64,000 nt of DNA from Felis catus (taxonomy: Eukaryota): positions 97,032,001 to 97,096,000 of the forward strand of contig NC_058368.1 in the NCBI RefSeq assembly GCF_018350175.1, written 5' to 3'. Of the stretch, positions 34,861 to 49,021 are shown one piece after another. A program made the translations under genes and the position numbers. Below the pieces are notes generated by a model that saw only the letters and a list, made by a program, of their open reading frames with translations, did no database searches and was not told where the DNA came from. Numbering within the stretch: position 1 is the first letter of the stretch; every line of letters begins with the position of its first letter.

Positions 34861-37580
34861 TATTTTAGGGTCATTTGGTAATACCAAACTTGGATTCGGG
34901 TCCTATTTAGCCTCCTGTTTATTTCTCTAATGCAATTTTTTCAGAGGATAAACTGTGACTAACTTAAAAGCAAAAAACAAGAAAAAAAAACTTATTTCTT
35001 AGTTCTGTTTATTCTTCCCAGGAGTACCATCTTCTCGAAGAGGAACACTGGAAATAACCATACATCAGACACCTGAAGCAATCAGGCCTCGGAATGTAAC
35101 ACTATTAAACCATCTCAAGGTGGGTTAGTACTCAAACATTTAATGTTTCATTACTGGCAACTGTAGTCTCTCTATAACCTTCTTTGGAACAAATGTGAAC
35201 ATTTTTCCCCTGGAAGCATAAAGTATTATGTTTAACATGAATCGAATATAGCCCATTTTTCCTACCTTTCTTTCATCTGCAACAATGATCTTGAAATATA
35301 AAATGCATGTGCTCACTAGGGAACTGCCGAAAATTAATTCCCAGCAAGTTTTGTCAATGACTGTCACTCACTTTCTCCCTTAAAGGATTGTTCTGTTGTG
35401 GCACAGACACATCATTAAGCATTGCTGTGAAAAGAGATAGATAACACATTCCTATTTTGCAGGACTCCAGTCTGAGGGGAAATCAGATTTTGCTTAGTAT
35501 TGTCATAGTTGCATAATTGCCCTTAAAATCCAGCTGTGAGTCATGTTCCTACGCGCAGTTACATGCGACCCAAGTCTTTTCTGAGCTGAGTGCACGAATA
35601 CTCTTTCCTCCGGCTCATCCGTGTGACAGCTGCTCACAGACTCGCCATTGGTCTCCTTCCATTCATTTGCTTCACAGACAGCTCTCTGTCTTTGATCACA
35701 CTACATCGCTCCTAGCTATGTTCTCCTTGAGGGAAGGAAATCCATAGTTTATTTTATATGTGTCACGATGTTTTTATGTAAACACTATGCCCTCAATAAA
35801 TAATAATCAAAGAGTAAATTGCTTAACTGGACTCACAATGCATGGTAATGCATTCGCGTATTTTTCTTGTCCAGTGATATTTTGCTAAACATAAGACAGA
35901 GGACACACAGTGTCTCATTTCAGCCTGCCAGATGATAGTTATTTAAAAATATTATCGCTACCAACCTCAGGAAATAAACTCGGACTGCAAAGTTTTCAAG
36001 GTACCCAAGAGAGAGTCTGGGAGGCAGACAGGACACTGTAGGAGGGAAGGGTAATTATAAAGGAGGGGCACCCGGCATGTAAGGAAGCAATGGGCCTGGA
36101 CGTTCTCCACCTTCGCTATTTGCTCAGGAAAACACAAAGAATTTTGTTGTCTCAGTAAATCCAGAGCTTGTGAACATTACAAAGGGTACATTAAACTGTT
36201 TAGCTGTTTCATTAAAAATAAGGAATTGCACTCAATAATAGACCCCAGAAAATGGCAGAGATTTTGATTTAATCTAAAAGGACTGTCACTCAAGTATTAA
36301 TTGATCAGCTGTAAACAAAGTCCAGAATTACCATCATCATCCCAAACACCTATTATAACATAACTACAGACCCAAACACAAATTGGTTGATAAAATCTGC
36401 TTAAGCACAGAATATTCACTTTGGGAGTTGAGGCCCCCCAGATTATTCTAAAACCCTAAACATCACACACAGTCTCTGGGAGATTAGCTCTCACACATTC
36501 CACAAATTACTGAAGAGCCTTCTCTTCCTTTCCCAGAATTCAAGATGGCGGGAAAGCTGAAGAGAATATGGACCATAAACCTTTGCTCCAAGCCCTGACC
36601 CACCCAGCGCAAGTACCAAGTTTATTCACAAAACACAAAGGGGTGTGGTTTGATACTATGTCATTGCCAGTTTTTGATAGCAGGCAAGCTTCAAAAAGTC
36701 CATGCACATCACCGCAATACTTACCAACAACACACACACCGTTTGGAGGCCCTGGTACAAATATATCTGCCTTAATGAATAGAAAAGGCATCACAGAATC
36801 TGAGAGCCACCTTCTCCTACTCCTGTGTCGGTAACAAGACGGGGAAAACCACCTGAGACAGGGACTCCATCCGGGTCTGAAGTCTTAAGGGCGGATCCAT
36901 AGAGGAACATCAATCCCAGTTTATGGCGGAGGGCAGTAACTCACCCAGCAATACTGCCAGCAAGAGGAAAGCTGAACAGTTAATGACCAGGCTGGCCTTT
37001 GAACCTAAGGGGGATCTTAATAGACAGAACTAATTAAAATCAATACTCATGTGGTAATCACAAAAAGAAGAAAAAAAAAGGGCTCAAGATAAATTTTTAA
37101 GTGGAGGGCAACAAGCAGTCTCCATTCTTCAGGCCGATCTTGGGATCTGGTTTACCAGCAAATGTGTACCAACAGATAGTCTTTCTGGAAATGCCTAGGC
37201 AGAGGTGGGAAAGTCATCGTACACACGAAGCCCACCGGAATCATTTCCCGAGCCTCTGGATGTGTGGTCAGAAGTGGTCAGGGACACTGCATTTGTAAAG
37301 ACGGGGCCATGCTAACATTAACTGTTCTGAGGCCGAATACAGGAAAACTGGAAACGGACACCTCTGGCTGTGTGGCCTTGGAGAATCTATTTAATTTCTC
37401 TAGGCCCCAGTTTTTTCATCTGTAAAATAAGCAGAGAAAAACAGATGATCTCCGAGATCCCTTCAGTTGTGTGATTTTGGAACACCGTATCTCAGACATG
37501 CAGCTAGGAGCCTAGAAGAGATGTTCAAAAAGAACAATACAAATAATGGGTCATACCCTTTTTTAAAAAAATAATGTTTC

Positions 37581-37775
37581 AGGGTGCCTGGGTGGCTCAG
37601 TAGGTTGAGTGTCCAACTTTGGCTCAGTCACGATCTCGTGGTTCGTGAGTTCGAGCCCCACGTCGGGCTGGCTACTGTCAGTACAGAGCTCATTTCAGAT
37701 CTTCTGTCCCCCTCTCTCTCTGGCCCTCCCCCCTCACTCTCTCTCTCTCTCTCAAAAATAAATAAACATTTAAAA
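37581..37775 (+). mobile_element. CAN-SINE
   Basis: Canonical head, (CT)n, AATAAATAAAC tail. Confidence 0.96.
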
Positions 37776-38229
37776 GTAAATAACGCTTCTTGTTCTGATT
37801 TTCCTTGAAAACAGTGGAGTGTGTCACACTCTGTTCTTTGTTAATAGCTTTCCCACCTTCATACTAGTGTGTGACCTTCAAGAGAAATGTGGAGTTCGGT
37901 TTTGTTTTCAAAAAAGTCTTTGGCAAAATGATATATGGAAGCTTAAAACCATATCCCAAAACTTGATTATAAAACCATATTCTGGTTTCTGTCTAGATTG
38001 TTGTAGCACTGTTCATTATTGGGCAGATCCCGGTAAAAGGCAAATCTTCCCAATACAGCAAAAAATGTCCTCCTACAAGATTCCAGCGTGGCTGAAATAA
38101 CATTTCAGCTCTTTTCCTTTTCAATTTAATAATATGTACTAATGCCAGCCAAGAACAGCTCTACATGACCATGGAACAGGATGATAAGAAATAATTCTGA
38201 CACAGTAGCTGTGAGTGGCAGAAGGGAGA

Positions 38230-39930
38230 GAAAAAAAAATTTTTACTGTGCTATTTATCTTTTAATTGTTAATTTTTTAATTGGCCATCCATATTCATAG
38301 TCAAACATTCAGATAAGACTAAAAGGAAACAGAGCGCAAGTTAAGTCTCCTTTCCACTCCTATCCTTTAATATTCCATAATTGGATATGCCCGCAGGGAT
38401 AGCCACCATCATTAGTTTCTTATGCGGTCATCCAGGGATACAAGTGACATGTATCTATAGGACTCTATCTTTTTAAAGCAAAAATTTCAGCATGTTTTAT
38501 CAACGGTGTATCTTCTTTTTTAACATAAATCTGAGATAGTGTGCCTTTATCATTACCTGCCTTATTATTTTAAAGGTACCCATTTAATTTTATGGATAAA
38601 CATACTTTATATAATTGGTTCCTTATTGACGGACATTTAATTTGTCCCCACTCTTGTGCTATTACAATCACTGCTTAAGTAAATATCTCAGGACATAACA
38701 TTCTGTGCATGTGTGAATGCATCTGTGGGATAGATTAGAAAAATAGGATTGTCAGGCCAGAGGTATACGCATGTATGATTTTGAAAGCATTCTCAGAACA
38801 TTCTCAGAAATAAAGGATGAGAGTCCCCATCATATATTATTGAATAGTTTTAATATTTTACCTACATGAGGGATAAAATTTTTTTCTTGTGTTATTTTGA
38901 AATCCACTCAGTATGAGGAAGGTTACCATCTTGTCTTGTGTCTAACATCTTGAAGCTACCAGTGATAACCAGAAGAGTGTCTCTTGCAGACCTACAACTA
39001 CAGGGGCTGAAAGGAACCAAGGGTCCCAGCTGTCGCCCTCTGCTCCCAGCCAATGACCAAGCATGGCAGGGACACTGGGGCAGGTCTGTTCCATGAGACT
39101 CCTCCGAGGGTGACTTCGGTTAAGGTCTCTCCAACAATCCTGCAGGAGTTTCTTTACATGGTAGGGAGGCTTAGGACACTTTTGCCCGAACTTTCTTTCA
39201 CTTAGCATCACATTCACATCGTGGTGTGAGAACCGGCCCGGCCTCTCCCAGCTCCTTCTCCATTTCCTCTCAAATGCATTCCATCTCGCACATGTAATCC
39301 TGTCTTGACATCCATGTCCCAGAGGATCCGGACTAAGATGTTAACTGTTCATGTTTGTATAACACGTTATGGTTCTGCTGGAGTTTTCTTTAGTGATTTA
39401 TAGGTGTTCAAAGTTACTGTAAGCAATACTTCTACCAAATGTTTTGACACTATATAAAAATGGATCATGGCCTGTCCAGCTTCTGATAATTTTTTTAAGA
39501 CCACCTGTTTTATAGTTTTGTTATGTCAGCCTCCTCTTTCTAGGTCCTAATTTCTACATGAGATGGGATATGTCAAGTTATGGTATGGGAACAAAATCTC
39601 GATGATTTAGCACAAGTTTATTTCCTGGCTCACACAACATGTCCAGTGCAGCTCGGCAGAGGGATTGTGCTCATGACTGTCACTCAGGGATGAAGCTGAC
39701 AGGGCTTCATCTCAGCAGGCACTGCTATGAGCACAGGAGACAGAAGGAAATGTGGAGAACCACATTCTTTACACCTCTGCCCGTAAGGGGCACGTAGCAC
39801 ATCCACTCAGGTTATATGGAGTTAAGCAAGCCACAAGGCCATGGTTAACATCAGAAATGGAGAAGCATAATTATCCACTTTCAAAGGCAAGGAGAGCTGG
39901 ACATTCTTGGTGCACAGGACTCTAATGACT
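38230..39930. mobile_element. Cluster of ancient repeats (L1M-like fragments and MLT1-like LTR remnants)
   Basis: L1M-antisense-like text 38230-38940; MaLR-like text 38940-39340 and 39560-39930 (AAGTTTATTTCCTGGCTCACACAACATGTCC...GTCACTCAGGGA). Boundaries approximate. Confidence 0.5.
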
Positions 39931-42409
39931 ACAACACTTACTGTCTCTACGCATTCTCCCCCCTTCTCTTCCTCCTCCTCGTCACCTTCCTCACCCCACT
40001 CCTCTTCTTCTTCCTTTTCCTCCTCCATTTCTTCTCAGCTGACTCTCCCTTCCAAGGCTTCCCTGCAAAAAGTCTTGAGTTGACTTTCATATACCTTCAG
40101 CACGCCTTTCTATGCCAGCCCCAAGTTCACTCTCCTTATGCCAATATGCACAACCTTGCAATCCACAGGCAAACCAAAGTGTGAGAGTTCAGTAAGAAGT
40201 GTCCAAAGTTTGTATGGCTAGGCTGGAATGTGACTTTTTAAAGGAAACCTGCAGTTTGGTAGTTGGGTCAGATTCCTGAAAGGAAAGGATTCACGAGTCC
40301 ACTGTACGAGCCCAGGGTGACACGACTTCCCATGTGCATAGAACTTATGTCCCAACCCCACATGAAAATCTGGGTTGTCAGGGCTACCCTGCCAAATCCA
40401 ACGTGGTGATTTAGGACACATTTACTGACAGATGCAGGAATCTGCACAAATGGATACCTCAACGGGCCAATCACAGGCTCACTGAAGTGCTTTAGTTATC
40501 ACTTTCAGCCAAAGACAGTTAGGGCTCAAGGTAAACTAAACGCGTTTGGCAGAAATGCCATCTCGTTCAATAAGATCTCACCATTCCAGGTGGCCTGTTT
40601 GACCCAAGGATTAAAAATGTCCCACTTAACTTTGGGGAAAGTGGTTTCCATTCAACTTTTAAAATTTTTATCTGAAGAAATCCTATTACTTATAGCACTC
40701 CCTTTAGATCCATGGGGACTTGGAAACTTTGCAATTATATTCATTTGAACTCAGCAAGACATGAACTTCTGAGGCCCCTGCTGTAGATTCCACAGTTTAG
40801 CCTGGGAGACAATGTAACAATACCATTGTTTCAGGCCTTTCAGACCAAGGACAGCCAGCGCCAGATGCCAAGACAAATAATTCAGGTGCCAGTCGCGGTA
40901 AGATTTTTAGAAATTGAACTTCTCCAAGATAGGATTTCCACAACCACAGAGTATATTAGTTGGGCCAGAGGGCAGGTAGAGTGTATCCCAAGTTAATCTT
41001 CTGTGACTCAGATGTCCACCTGAGCACCCAACATCCACAGATTTAACATTTCCATCAATCTTACCCCAAATTGTGTCAAATATGTCAAAGTTGAAATATT
41101 TTATAAAGTGTTCCAGTTGGTCAAAATTAACTCTTAAAAGACTTTGGACAATACACTTCTAAGCACTAAGCTAAAAACAATCAAAACAAAAAACCATTCA
41201 TCTTAACTCCCCTTCCCACTCCTCGCCATCACCCCCACTCCCACCACGCCACCGGACCAATTTAATATGAAACCCGCAAACTCCTCTGGCCTTACTCAAG
41301 CGAGTTCTGAATTTTATAATCATCTTCCTTGATTCCCCCCACTTCTGGGCTCCCAGCCAGAACGTGAACAAGAAATGTGAAGGGTCACTTCCTGAGGTGA
41401 ACGCTAAAAGTTTTTCAAAGTGATGGTGGGTGGCTTGGACTGCCTCAGCTTCAAAACCACTTTTTCCTGTTTTCATGCTTGATTTTGTGTGTCACTAACC
41501 AGCGTGTGGGAGAAGTGAAATTCTTTCAGCTGTGCTGGGTGCAGCCTCTGTTCCTCCCAGCTCTTTTCCAGTCCGCTCTCTGCGGGTCAGCTTGGCCTCC
41601 AACAATGCCCTTCAGTTTCCAGAATTAACTGCTGCCATATTCAAATCCAGGTAGCAAAATTTCACAGTCCCTGCATGTAACAATCCTCCATCCTGAGAAT
41701 CTGTGTCCACAGAAATGGGCTCTCGCTAGTCCTGAACTTCTAGCCCTTACCTCTATTACCCTGAATAAGACTTGCAAAATAAAGTATTTAATTAAATAAA
41801 TCCCTTTGAAATTTTTCCTCATTTCTTTAATGAAATCAATTTATTTTTTCTAGATTTATCTGGAAAAATAATCATGGCTACACATCTGGTATTTCAATTT
41901 CTGTAAACCCTTACTCCCACTATATAGACACATATTTTCATTATATGTATTTGAGACCGAAAACTCCACACTAAAGAGACTAATTTTTCTTAGATATTTT
42001 GTCTATTATTTGGATGTGTGGTGATCAGAAAGAGGAAGGATATATGGTTAAGGCACTAAATTTTGTATATTCAGTACTGCTGTAAGTGTGGTGAACTCAA
42101 CAGAAGAAATCGGGAAGACAGAAGAAGGGATACTTTTGCTACTCAATAATCCTGTTGATCTAAAAAAAGAAAATAAAAATACCAAGAAACTCAATATTAA
42201 GTCTACTAAATTTTGTTTTAAACAATATTCTTAGCCTTTCTATATTTTTTAAGACATTCAATTAAAATGAGATGTAAAGAAATACAAGTGTCTGGACTGC
42301 TATTGCTTTCATTTACTAAGTCTTAGCGGCCAGTGACAAATTTTGTTTCTCACCTTGGGTTCCTACTACAGGCTTACACAGACTCCTCTTTTAACTTGCC
42401 CTGAATTCT

Positions 42410-42646
42410 TTTTTTGTTGTTGTTAATGTTTATTTTATTTTTTGTGAGAGACAGAGGGAGAGAGACAGAGAGAGAGAGACAGAGAGGGATCAGGGGAGGG
42501 ACAGAGAGAGAGGGAGACACAGAACCCAAAGCAGGCTCTAAGCTTGGAGCTGTCAGCACAGAGCCCAATGTGAGGCTCGAACTCATCAACCATGAGATCA
42601 TGACTTGAGCTTAAGTCGCTTAACCGACTGAGCCACCAGGCGCCCC
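42410..42646 (-). mobile_element. CAN-SINE
   Basis: TSD TTAACTTGCCCTGAATTCT / TTAACTTGTCCTGAATTCT. Confidence 0.96.
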
Positions 42647-44342
42647 TTAACTTGTCCTGAATTCTTAACTTGAGACCAAATGTTCCCAGTGGTCCAAGGT
42701 TCTAGTACCTCTCAAACGGTTTTGTAACAAAAGCCCTTACCAATTATTTTCATAATGTGAAAGCATCCTTCTCACCAGCTCAGTGGTTTTGATTTTGAAA
42801 AGAGACCTGGCTAACTTAAAACGAGTCCTAACTAAGGTGTTAAACCGCCTTCATGAGAAATGAGAGCTTAGGGGCTGGCATGTGCACCTGCCGCGCTGTT
42901 ACTGGAGTGAGCATGCGCAATGAATGGCCTGTCCCCACAGCCCCAATTCCCTACCCCACCACCACCACGCCACCCAGTGGTAGCCACGCAGAATGCAGTC
43001 TAGTGGGCCTGACTCCAAGCGCTGGCGCCCATGCTGTTAGCATAATACCATGCTCTTAATTAGCTTCCCCTCAACACCAAGCTGGACATCCTTTATATGG
43101 GAAAGAGAAACGCTGACGCCAGATAGTAATGCCCTTATAGTCTTTTATGTGAAATCTCATGGCTGCCATTTTTATAAGCACAGGACCATCATTCCCATTT
43201 CTTGTCATCTGTTACTGGTAGCTAGAGCTTGCTCTTTTTCTGGTTTAGATTGAGTAGGTCCTTGCTCACCACCATAAGCAAAAGATTAGATACACAACTG
43301 CTTTCTTTAAGAGTCTGGAATTGTTCGAGCAAGCTTTCCAAAACTTAAACCTTCAAAACATTGAGTCAGGAATTGGAAACCTCTAAACAGTGACATGATG
43401 ATCTCAGCCCCACATGGGGACTCCCTGAGCCCTTCCCATTAACATTTAGATATGACTGGGAATATTTCTCCCCTACTCCCAACGTTTCCCTTCTATGAAG
43501 GGTGCTAATCAGAGTAAGCCCTGATCATTTGCTGGCCCAGACTCACACTACTCCTAGTAGTATGAGTAGGAGTAGTAAATTTGGGGAGCATAAGAGGCAT
43601 GCTCACCCCATCCTTCTTTGGTAGACCGGGCTTTATCTGAGGAAAACATACATTTTCCTCTACTCCCCCATGGCATAAATTGTGCAGGGCCTACCTCTGC
43701 AAGGAGAAGATTGCCTCACTTTAATGCTGACTTGAATTGAATGGTTAAGTCTGCCTAATTTTGGTGTTCAAGATTAACATGACCATGGAGCTAACAGACT
43801 TTAAACCATATCTGCTATATTTTGTAATACTTTGGTCTCTGCATTTTCTGGTGTTTTCCCCCCAACTTGTCTAAAAGATAGATAAGAGAGAGGGTTTGTT
43901 TTGTTTTGTTTTGTTTTTAATGTGGAGCACAAACTTATGTGAACAACATATCATTAGGACTTTAAGAGAAAATATGCATGTATTAATAGGCTTGGAGACT
44001 TTACAGATGCCTAGAAATAAATATGCATTGTTATATTCTAATGAATTAGAAGCATTCACTTGAAGGAGATCCTCCACAAATTCTGGGACTATGCTATAGA
44101 CATAACTCAGCATTAGGATATTGGAAAATCAATAATACTAGACAGAAGATCCATATTTTAACCATCGTGGATTACAGAAAACTAATATGCAAAAGAACCA
44201 ACTTAACAGAGAAGGCACTTTCCCACAGCTACAGTTTCAAAAAGCTAGAAGTTGTAATCCTACCTAGAAGACAGTAGCAGATAAATCAGAGATCTGATCA
44301 CCTAATGTCTACTCAAATATTAACTTTTTAAGATGCAGGTTA

Positions 44343-44762
44343 ATGGAATACTACTTGGCTGTGAAAAAGAATGAAATCTTGCCATTTGCAACAATGTGGA
44401 TAGAACTAGAGAGTATTATGCTAAGTGAAATAAGTCAGTCAGGGAAAGACAACTATATGCTTTCCCTCATATGTGGAATCTCAAGAACTCAACAGATGAA
44501 CATAGGGGAAGGGAAGGAAAAATAAACTAAAACCAGAGGGCAGCAATCCACAAGAGACTCTTAAATACAGAGAACAATCTAAGGGTTTGTTGTTGGGGGG
44601 CGGGGGATGAGTTAAATGAGTGATGGGCATTAAGGAGGGCACTTTTTGAGATGAGCACTGGGTGGCATATGTAAGAGATGCATCAGTGGGTTCTACTCCT
44701 GAAACCAAGACTATACTATATGTTCTCTGACTTTAAATTTAAAAAAATTATGGCAAAAAAAA
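44343..44762 (+). mobile_element. 5'-truncated L1 (ORF2 C-terminus plus 3'UTR)
   Basis: Encodes MEYYLAVKKNEILPFATMWIELESIMLSEISQ, homologous to 8183-8280; carnivore L1 3'UTR and A tail. Confidence 0.95.
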
Positions 44763-45027
44763 ATTATCCTTTCTAGGACCTTCACTGTATTCCTTGAGTC
44801 AGAATAAGCCAAGATGTTTTTCCTCAGCCCCTTCCCAAGACAGCCATCATCCTTTCCCCCTACTAGTATAACACCTGCTTTCCTGGTTGCTCAAATAGTA
44901 ATTTCTCAACTTCCCACCATCTGGAGAGTGACAGGCAATGGAGAAGTTGTTAGTTGTTTAACTTTCTACTATGGTGGAATTGCTTTAAATTCCACTTTTC
45001 AAGCTCCACCATCTAACCTTAGCATCA

Positions 45028-45710
45028 CAGTACCCAAACCGTGCACCAAGGTGCCCTAGGACACCACAGTGATCTTGGGTGTTTTAATTTTTTGAGGAAA
45101 ACATTATGATATTTGATATCTTTCAGACACAACACAAATTCCTGGCTTGAGATAGTGCATATTGTTGACATTAGGTCACACTATATTATTCCTTTTGATG
45201 ATGGTCACATCTCTGCAAAGCTACAGTTTGGGGCAGTTGCTGAAATAAACAGCAAGTATTTTATGAAAATCAATATGCAACTGGAAGTCTGATTCCAAAG
45301 TTTGAGAAACTGAGAATTGCCAAACAGACATACATATCCCATTAGTAAGTAATTGTGGTTTTTTGAGAATTTTTTTAATTTTGGGGGGCACTTGAGTGGC
45401 TCAGTCGGTTGACCATCTGACTTTGGCTCAGGTCATGATGTCACAGTTTGTGGGTTCAAGTCCCACATCAGACTCTGTGCTGACAGCTCAGAACGTGGAG
45501 CCTGCTTTAGATTCTCAGTCTCCCTCTCTCTCTGCCCTTCTCCCGTTCATATTTTGCCTCTCTCTGTCTCTCAAAAAATGAATAAAAATGTTAAAAAAAA
45601 TTTTAAAGAATATTTAAAATTTTTTTAATTCATGTACATTATTTTTTCAAACATCTATTAAGTTGTTTAGTATAAATACGTGTTGTTTGGACCTAAGTAC
45701 TTAGAGTGAG
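45028..45710 (+). mobile_element. hAT-Charlie DNA transposon remnant interrupted by a SINE
   Basis: CAGT.CCCAAACCGTGCACCAAGGTGCCC start and ...TTCCAAAGTTTGAGAAACTG...CCCATTAGTAAGTAATTGTGG resemble Charlie elements as recalled. Confidence 0.45.
45383..45606 (+). mobile_element. CAN-SINE
   Basis: Canonical head, CT-rich region and tail. Confidence 0.95.
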
Positions 45711-45735
45711 AAAATTTAAAAAAAAAGAGATTTCA

Positions 45736-45976
45736 GGGGTGCCTGGGTGGCTTAGTCGGTTAAGCCTCTGATTTCAGCTCAGCTTATGATCTCATGGTTC
45801 ATGAGTTCGAGCCCCATATCAGGCTCTGTGCTGACAGCTCAGAGCCTGGAGCCTACTTCAGATTCTGTGTCTCCCTCTCTCTCCTCCTCCTCCCCTGCTC
45901 ACACTCTGTTTTTCTCTCTCTCTCAAAAATAAATAAAACATTCAAAAAATGATAAACAAAAAAACAAATAAATAAA
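45736..45976 (+). mobile_element. CAN-SINE
   Basis: TSD AAGAGATTTCAG on both sides. Confidence 0.96.
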
Positions 45977-48049
45977 TAAGAGATTTCAGCTTCAGTAAGG
46001 AAACATCCCTCTATGGATATTTTTATCTGTTTTTATTTTAAAAAACACTACAACAATGTGAAAAATCTAAAAAGTATTATGTATCAAAAGATATATGCTG
46101 AGACCAACCCCTTCCAAAAAAGTGCCTTTTAAATTTATAAAACAGTGAATCCTTATGTAAGAGAAAGTAATTAGATGCATTCTCCATTTTATGAGTTTGA
46201 GGAAGAAATAAGCCAATGAGAGATAAACATGCACCTTTGATGCTTTTGAGAAGAAAAACCAGGGAGAAGATGGTCGACTCTGATGCACAAACGATGGGAG
46301 AGCCACAGGGGCTACAGCTGGCATGATATCTATCCCCTGAGACTTATTTCTATTCCTTGGTTCTCTTCAAGGTCACAGTTATATGTGCCACTCACACAGC
46401 TATAACCATGGTCCACAAGGAGTGATTAATATCCCTTCACTCTGCCACATTCCTCCCTAAAGAAACTATGCCTGCATCTGTGGAAGACTGCATCCTGGAG
46501 CCAAGCACTGGGGTCCAGAAAGCAAAGAAACTATTTCTTCCAACTGTTCCTATCTTTTTCCTTTTGTCCAGGTACCCAGTGCATAGCTTTCTATTCTTTT
46601 AAGTTCTTGGGGTTAAGAAAATCAAATAACTTAAGGAAATCAGAAAGAAGCTGTAAAGGTATTGTCTTGTCCACAAACAAAAAATCATCCTGCAAATCTA
46701 ACCAAGGCACAAAGATTTCCAAACCCCTGCCCAATGTCACCAGAGGGCAGGGCCCTTAATCACATTCTGCAGCAGTTACCGTCCTGTTTCTATTCTCCAG
46801 ACTATTGTTTTTCCTTCCTTGATCAGCTCGTTGTCCCTGTCCCCGAAAGCTGCTCTCCTTTTATCAGCCCTCATCCTTGCCAATCTGCAAATCATAGCCC
46901 TACATTACAATCTTGCTTCCCAAATTTAACCCTGATCTTCTACAAGCATTCAAAATCATCAACTGAGTTCTAACTCACAGAGTATTCACAACTGTTAGAA
47001 ATTTTTAACATCATCTTATAATCCAGCCCTTGATTCTTCAAGATGAAGAAAACAAGTCATATTAAATGATTTCCCTAGGTCCACATGGATTTAGAGAAAT
47101 CTAAGTATAGAATCTACCTCTTCTGTCTTGCTATAGGACATAGTATACTTTTTTTTTTAAGTCTCTGAAATAAGCACAAATATATACCAAATATTAATGC
47201 AATGTAGGTAGGGATCATTAAATGATGTCTGACCTCAGGGTTTTAAGTGACTTCAGTGACACCCCACAATGGACACAGCCCATTCCTCTGAGTGATCAGG
47301 GCCACACCACCCTTTCTGGTCAGGGATGTGCTGGAGTGTGTGAGAAGAGGATGGATGTACACACGGAGTAGGGCAGTCTCTGTATCAAGCAGTTACCTCT
47401 CCTGATGGAAGCAGTGCCCTAGATTTCTAAATGAAATCTTCCCTGATGTCCATGTACAGGAGAGCCGCCCTAGTCTTTATGTGCAAACGTGGGCGGTGCG
47501 CCCTCTAGTGACAGCTGTCCAATCTGCAGTACAAGATGAGTTGGAACAGCGACCCTACTTTGAAGCTCCTTTGAGGTTTCCACGATGGAAATCTTTCCAT
47601 TCCGAACCTTTTACAAAAGTGCCTATGGTCTCATGGGCTCAGAAACACCAATCAACCGTATCTCTTTGGGCCGTGCTGCTAAGAAGCTGGGGCCAAAGGT
47701 CATTCTCCTACCAGGACCCAAGTTCTCTCATGCCAACTTAGGGGATCTTTTAGGTTTAGGGAAAATTCATCTCCATTGTATTTATCTATGACATTTTTTC
47801 TATGCCTGTTAATTCCTTTTTATTCCTTATTTCTGAACACATACTAAAAGGATACATGTGAAATGTCTATAAAAGAGTTTGATACACAGTAAGCACTCAA
47901 CAAGAGTGAGCTGATATTCTCTCTTTAGTCTTTCATAATAGGCCTTAATAGCACATTATTCCAAGATCTTGAATCAAAAATGTTGAGATATTATTATTCA
48001 TCAAGAGCTATTAGTATTCACTAGCTTTTTACAAATAGTAATATCTGAT

Positions 48050-48280
48050 GTTAACTGAACATTTACTATATGTATGCATTGTCCTAATTGCTTTATTATT
48101 AACTCATGTAATTCCCAGATCTATAAATGTTGGTACAGTTTTTATTCCCCTTTTAAATATTAGGAAACTGAGGCACATAAAAAATACATAATTTTCCCAG
48201 GGCAATGCAGCTAGTACATACCAAAGTGGGATTGTAATCTATGCAATATGTTTCTAGAGTTCACACTCTTAATTATCAAA
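48050..48280 (-). mobile_element. MIR remnant
   Basis: AACATTTACTATATG...GGAAACTGAGGCACA...TTTCCCAGGG..ATGCAGCTAGT MIR motifs. Confidence 0.7.
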
Positions 48281-48558
48281 TTCAACAAACTTTCCAAATT
48301 CCTCTTTACTTGAAGGCAGAAAGAACTTATACTTTACATCCACATAGAGAAACAAAGAATGCAAAGAACAAAATGGTTAAGCTCCATTTTCAAAGGATAT
48401 TCTTATTAATGCCAACACATTACTTACATGATGTATCCCAAAGTATTATAGCATATAAAATATACAATTCCACTCTATCATATTTTGACAATTCTAAACA
48501 TAAATTTATAGTTATAATAAATGTTAATCCAACAGTAGATTAACAATTATTTTTCTTG

Positions 48559-48792
48559 TGGCACCTAGTGGTTCAGTCAGTTAAGGGTATAACTCTTGAT
48601 TTTGACTCAGGTCATGATCTCATCATTGATGAGAGCGAGCCCCACGTCAGGTTCCATGCTGCCAGGCTCCAGCATGAAGGGTGCTTGGGATTCTATTCTC
48701 TCTCTCTCCCTCTCTCTGCCCCTCCCCTGTGCTCTCTCTCTCTCTCTTAAAATAAATAGGTGGACATTAAAATAAGTAAATAAATAAATAAG
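48559..48792 (+). mobile_element. CAN-SINE (older) whose tail hosts a second SINE
   Basis: TSD ACAATTATTTTTCTTG at 48543 and 49049 brackets both SINEs. Confidence 0.93.
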
Positions 48793-48807
48793 AAAGCCTA
48801 TCTCATT

Positions 48808-49021
48808 TATTTTTTTTTAATGTTTATTCATTTTTGAGAGAGACAGAGACAGAACGTGAGCGAGGGATGGGCAGAGAGAGAGGGAGACACAGAATCTGAA
48901 GCAGGCTCCAGGCTCTGAGATGTCAGCGCAAAGCCTGACACAGGGCTTGAGTTCACGAACCATGAGACCATGATCTGAGCTGAAGTTGGACGCTCAACCA
49001 ACTGAGCCACCCAGGCACCCC
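48808..49021 (-). mobile_element. CAN-SINE nested in the tail of the preceding SINE
   Basis: Degenerate TSD AAAGCCTATCTCATT / AAAGGCCATCTCATT. Confidence 0.95.

Noticed and set aside
43547..43576. 10-bp inverted repeat ACTACTCCTA/TAGGAGTAGT
   Set aside because: Short, low-complexity arms with a 10-nt loop; too small for a pre-miRNA and plausible by chance.
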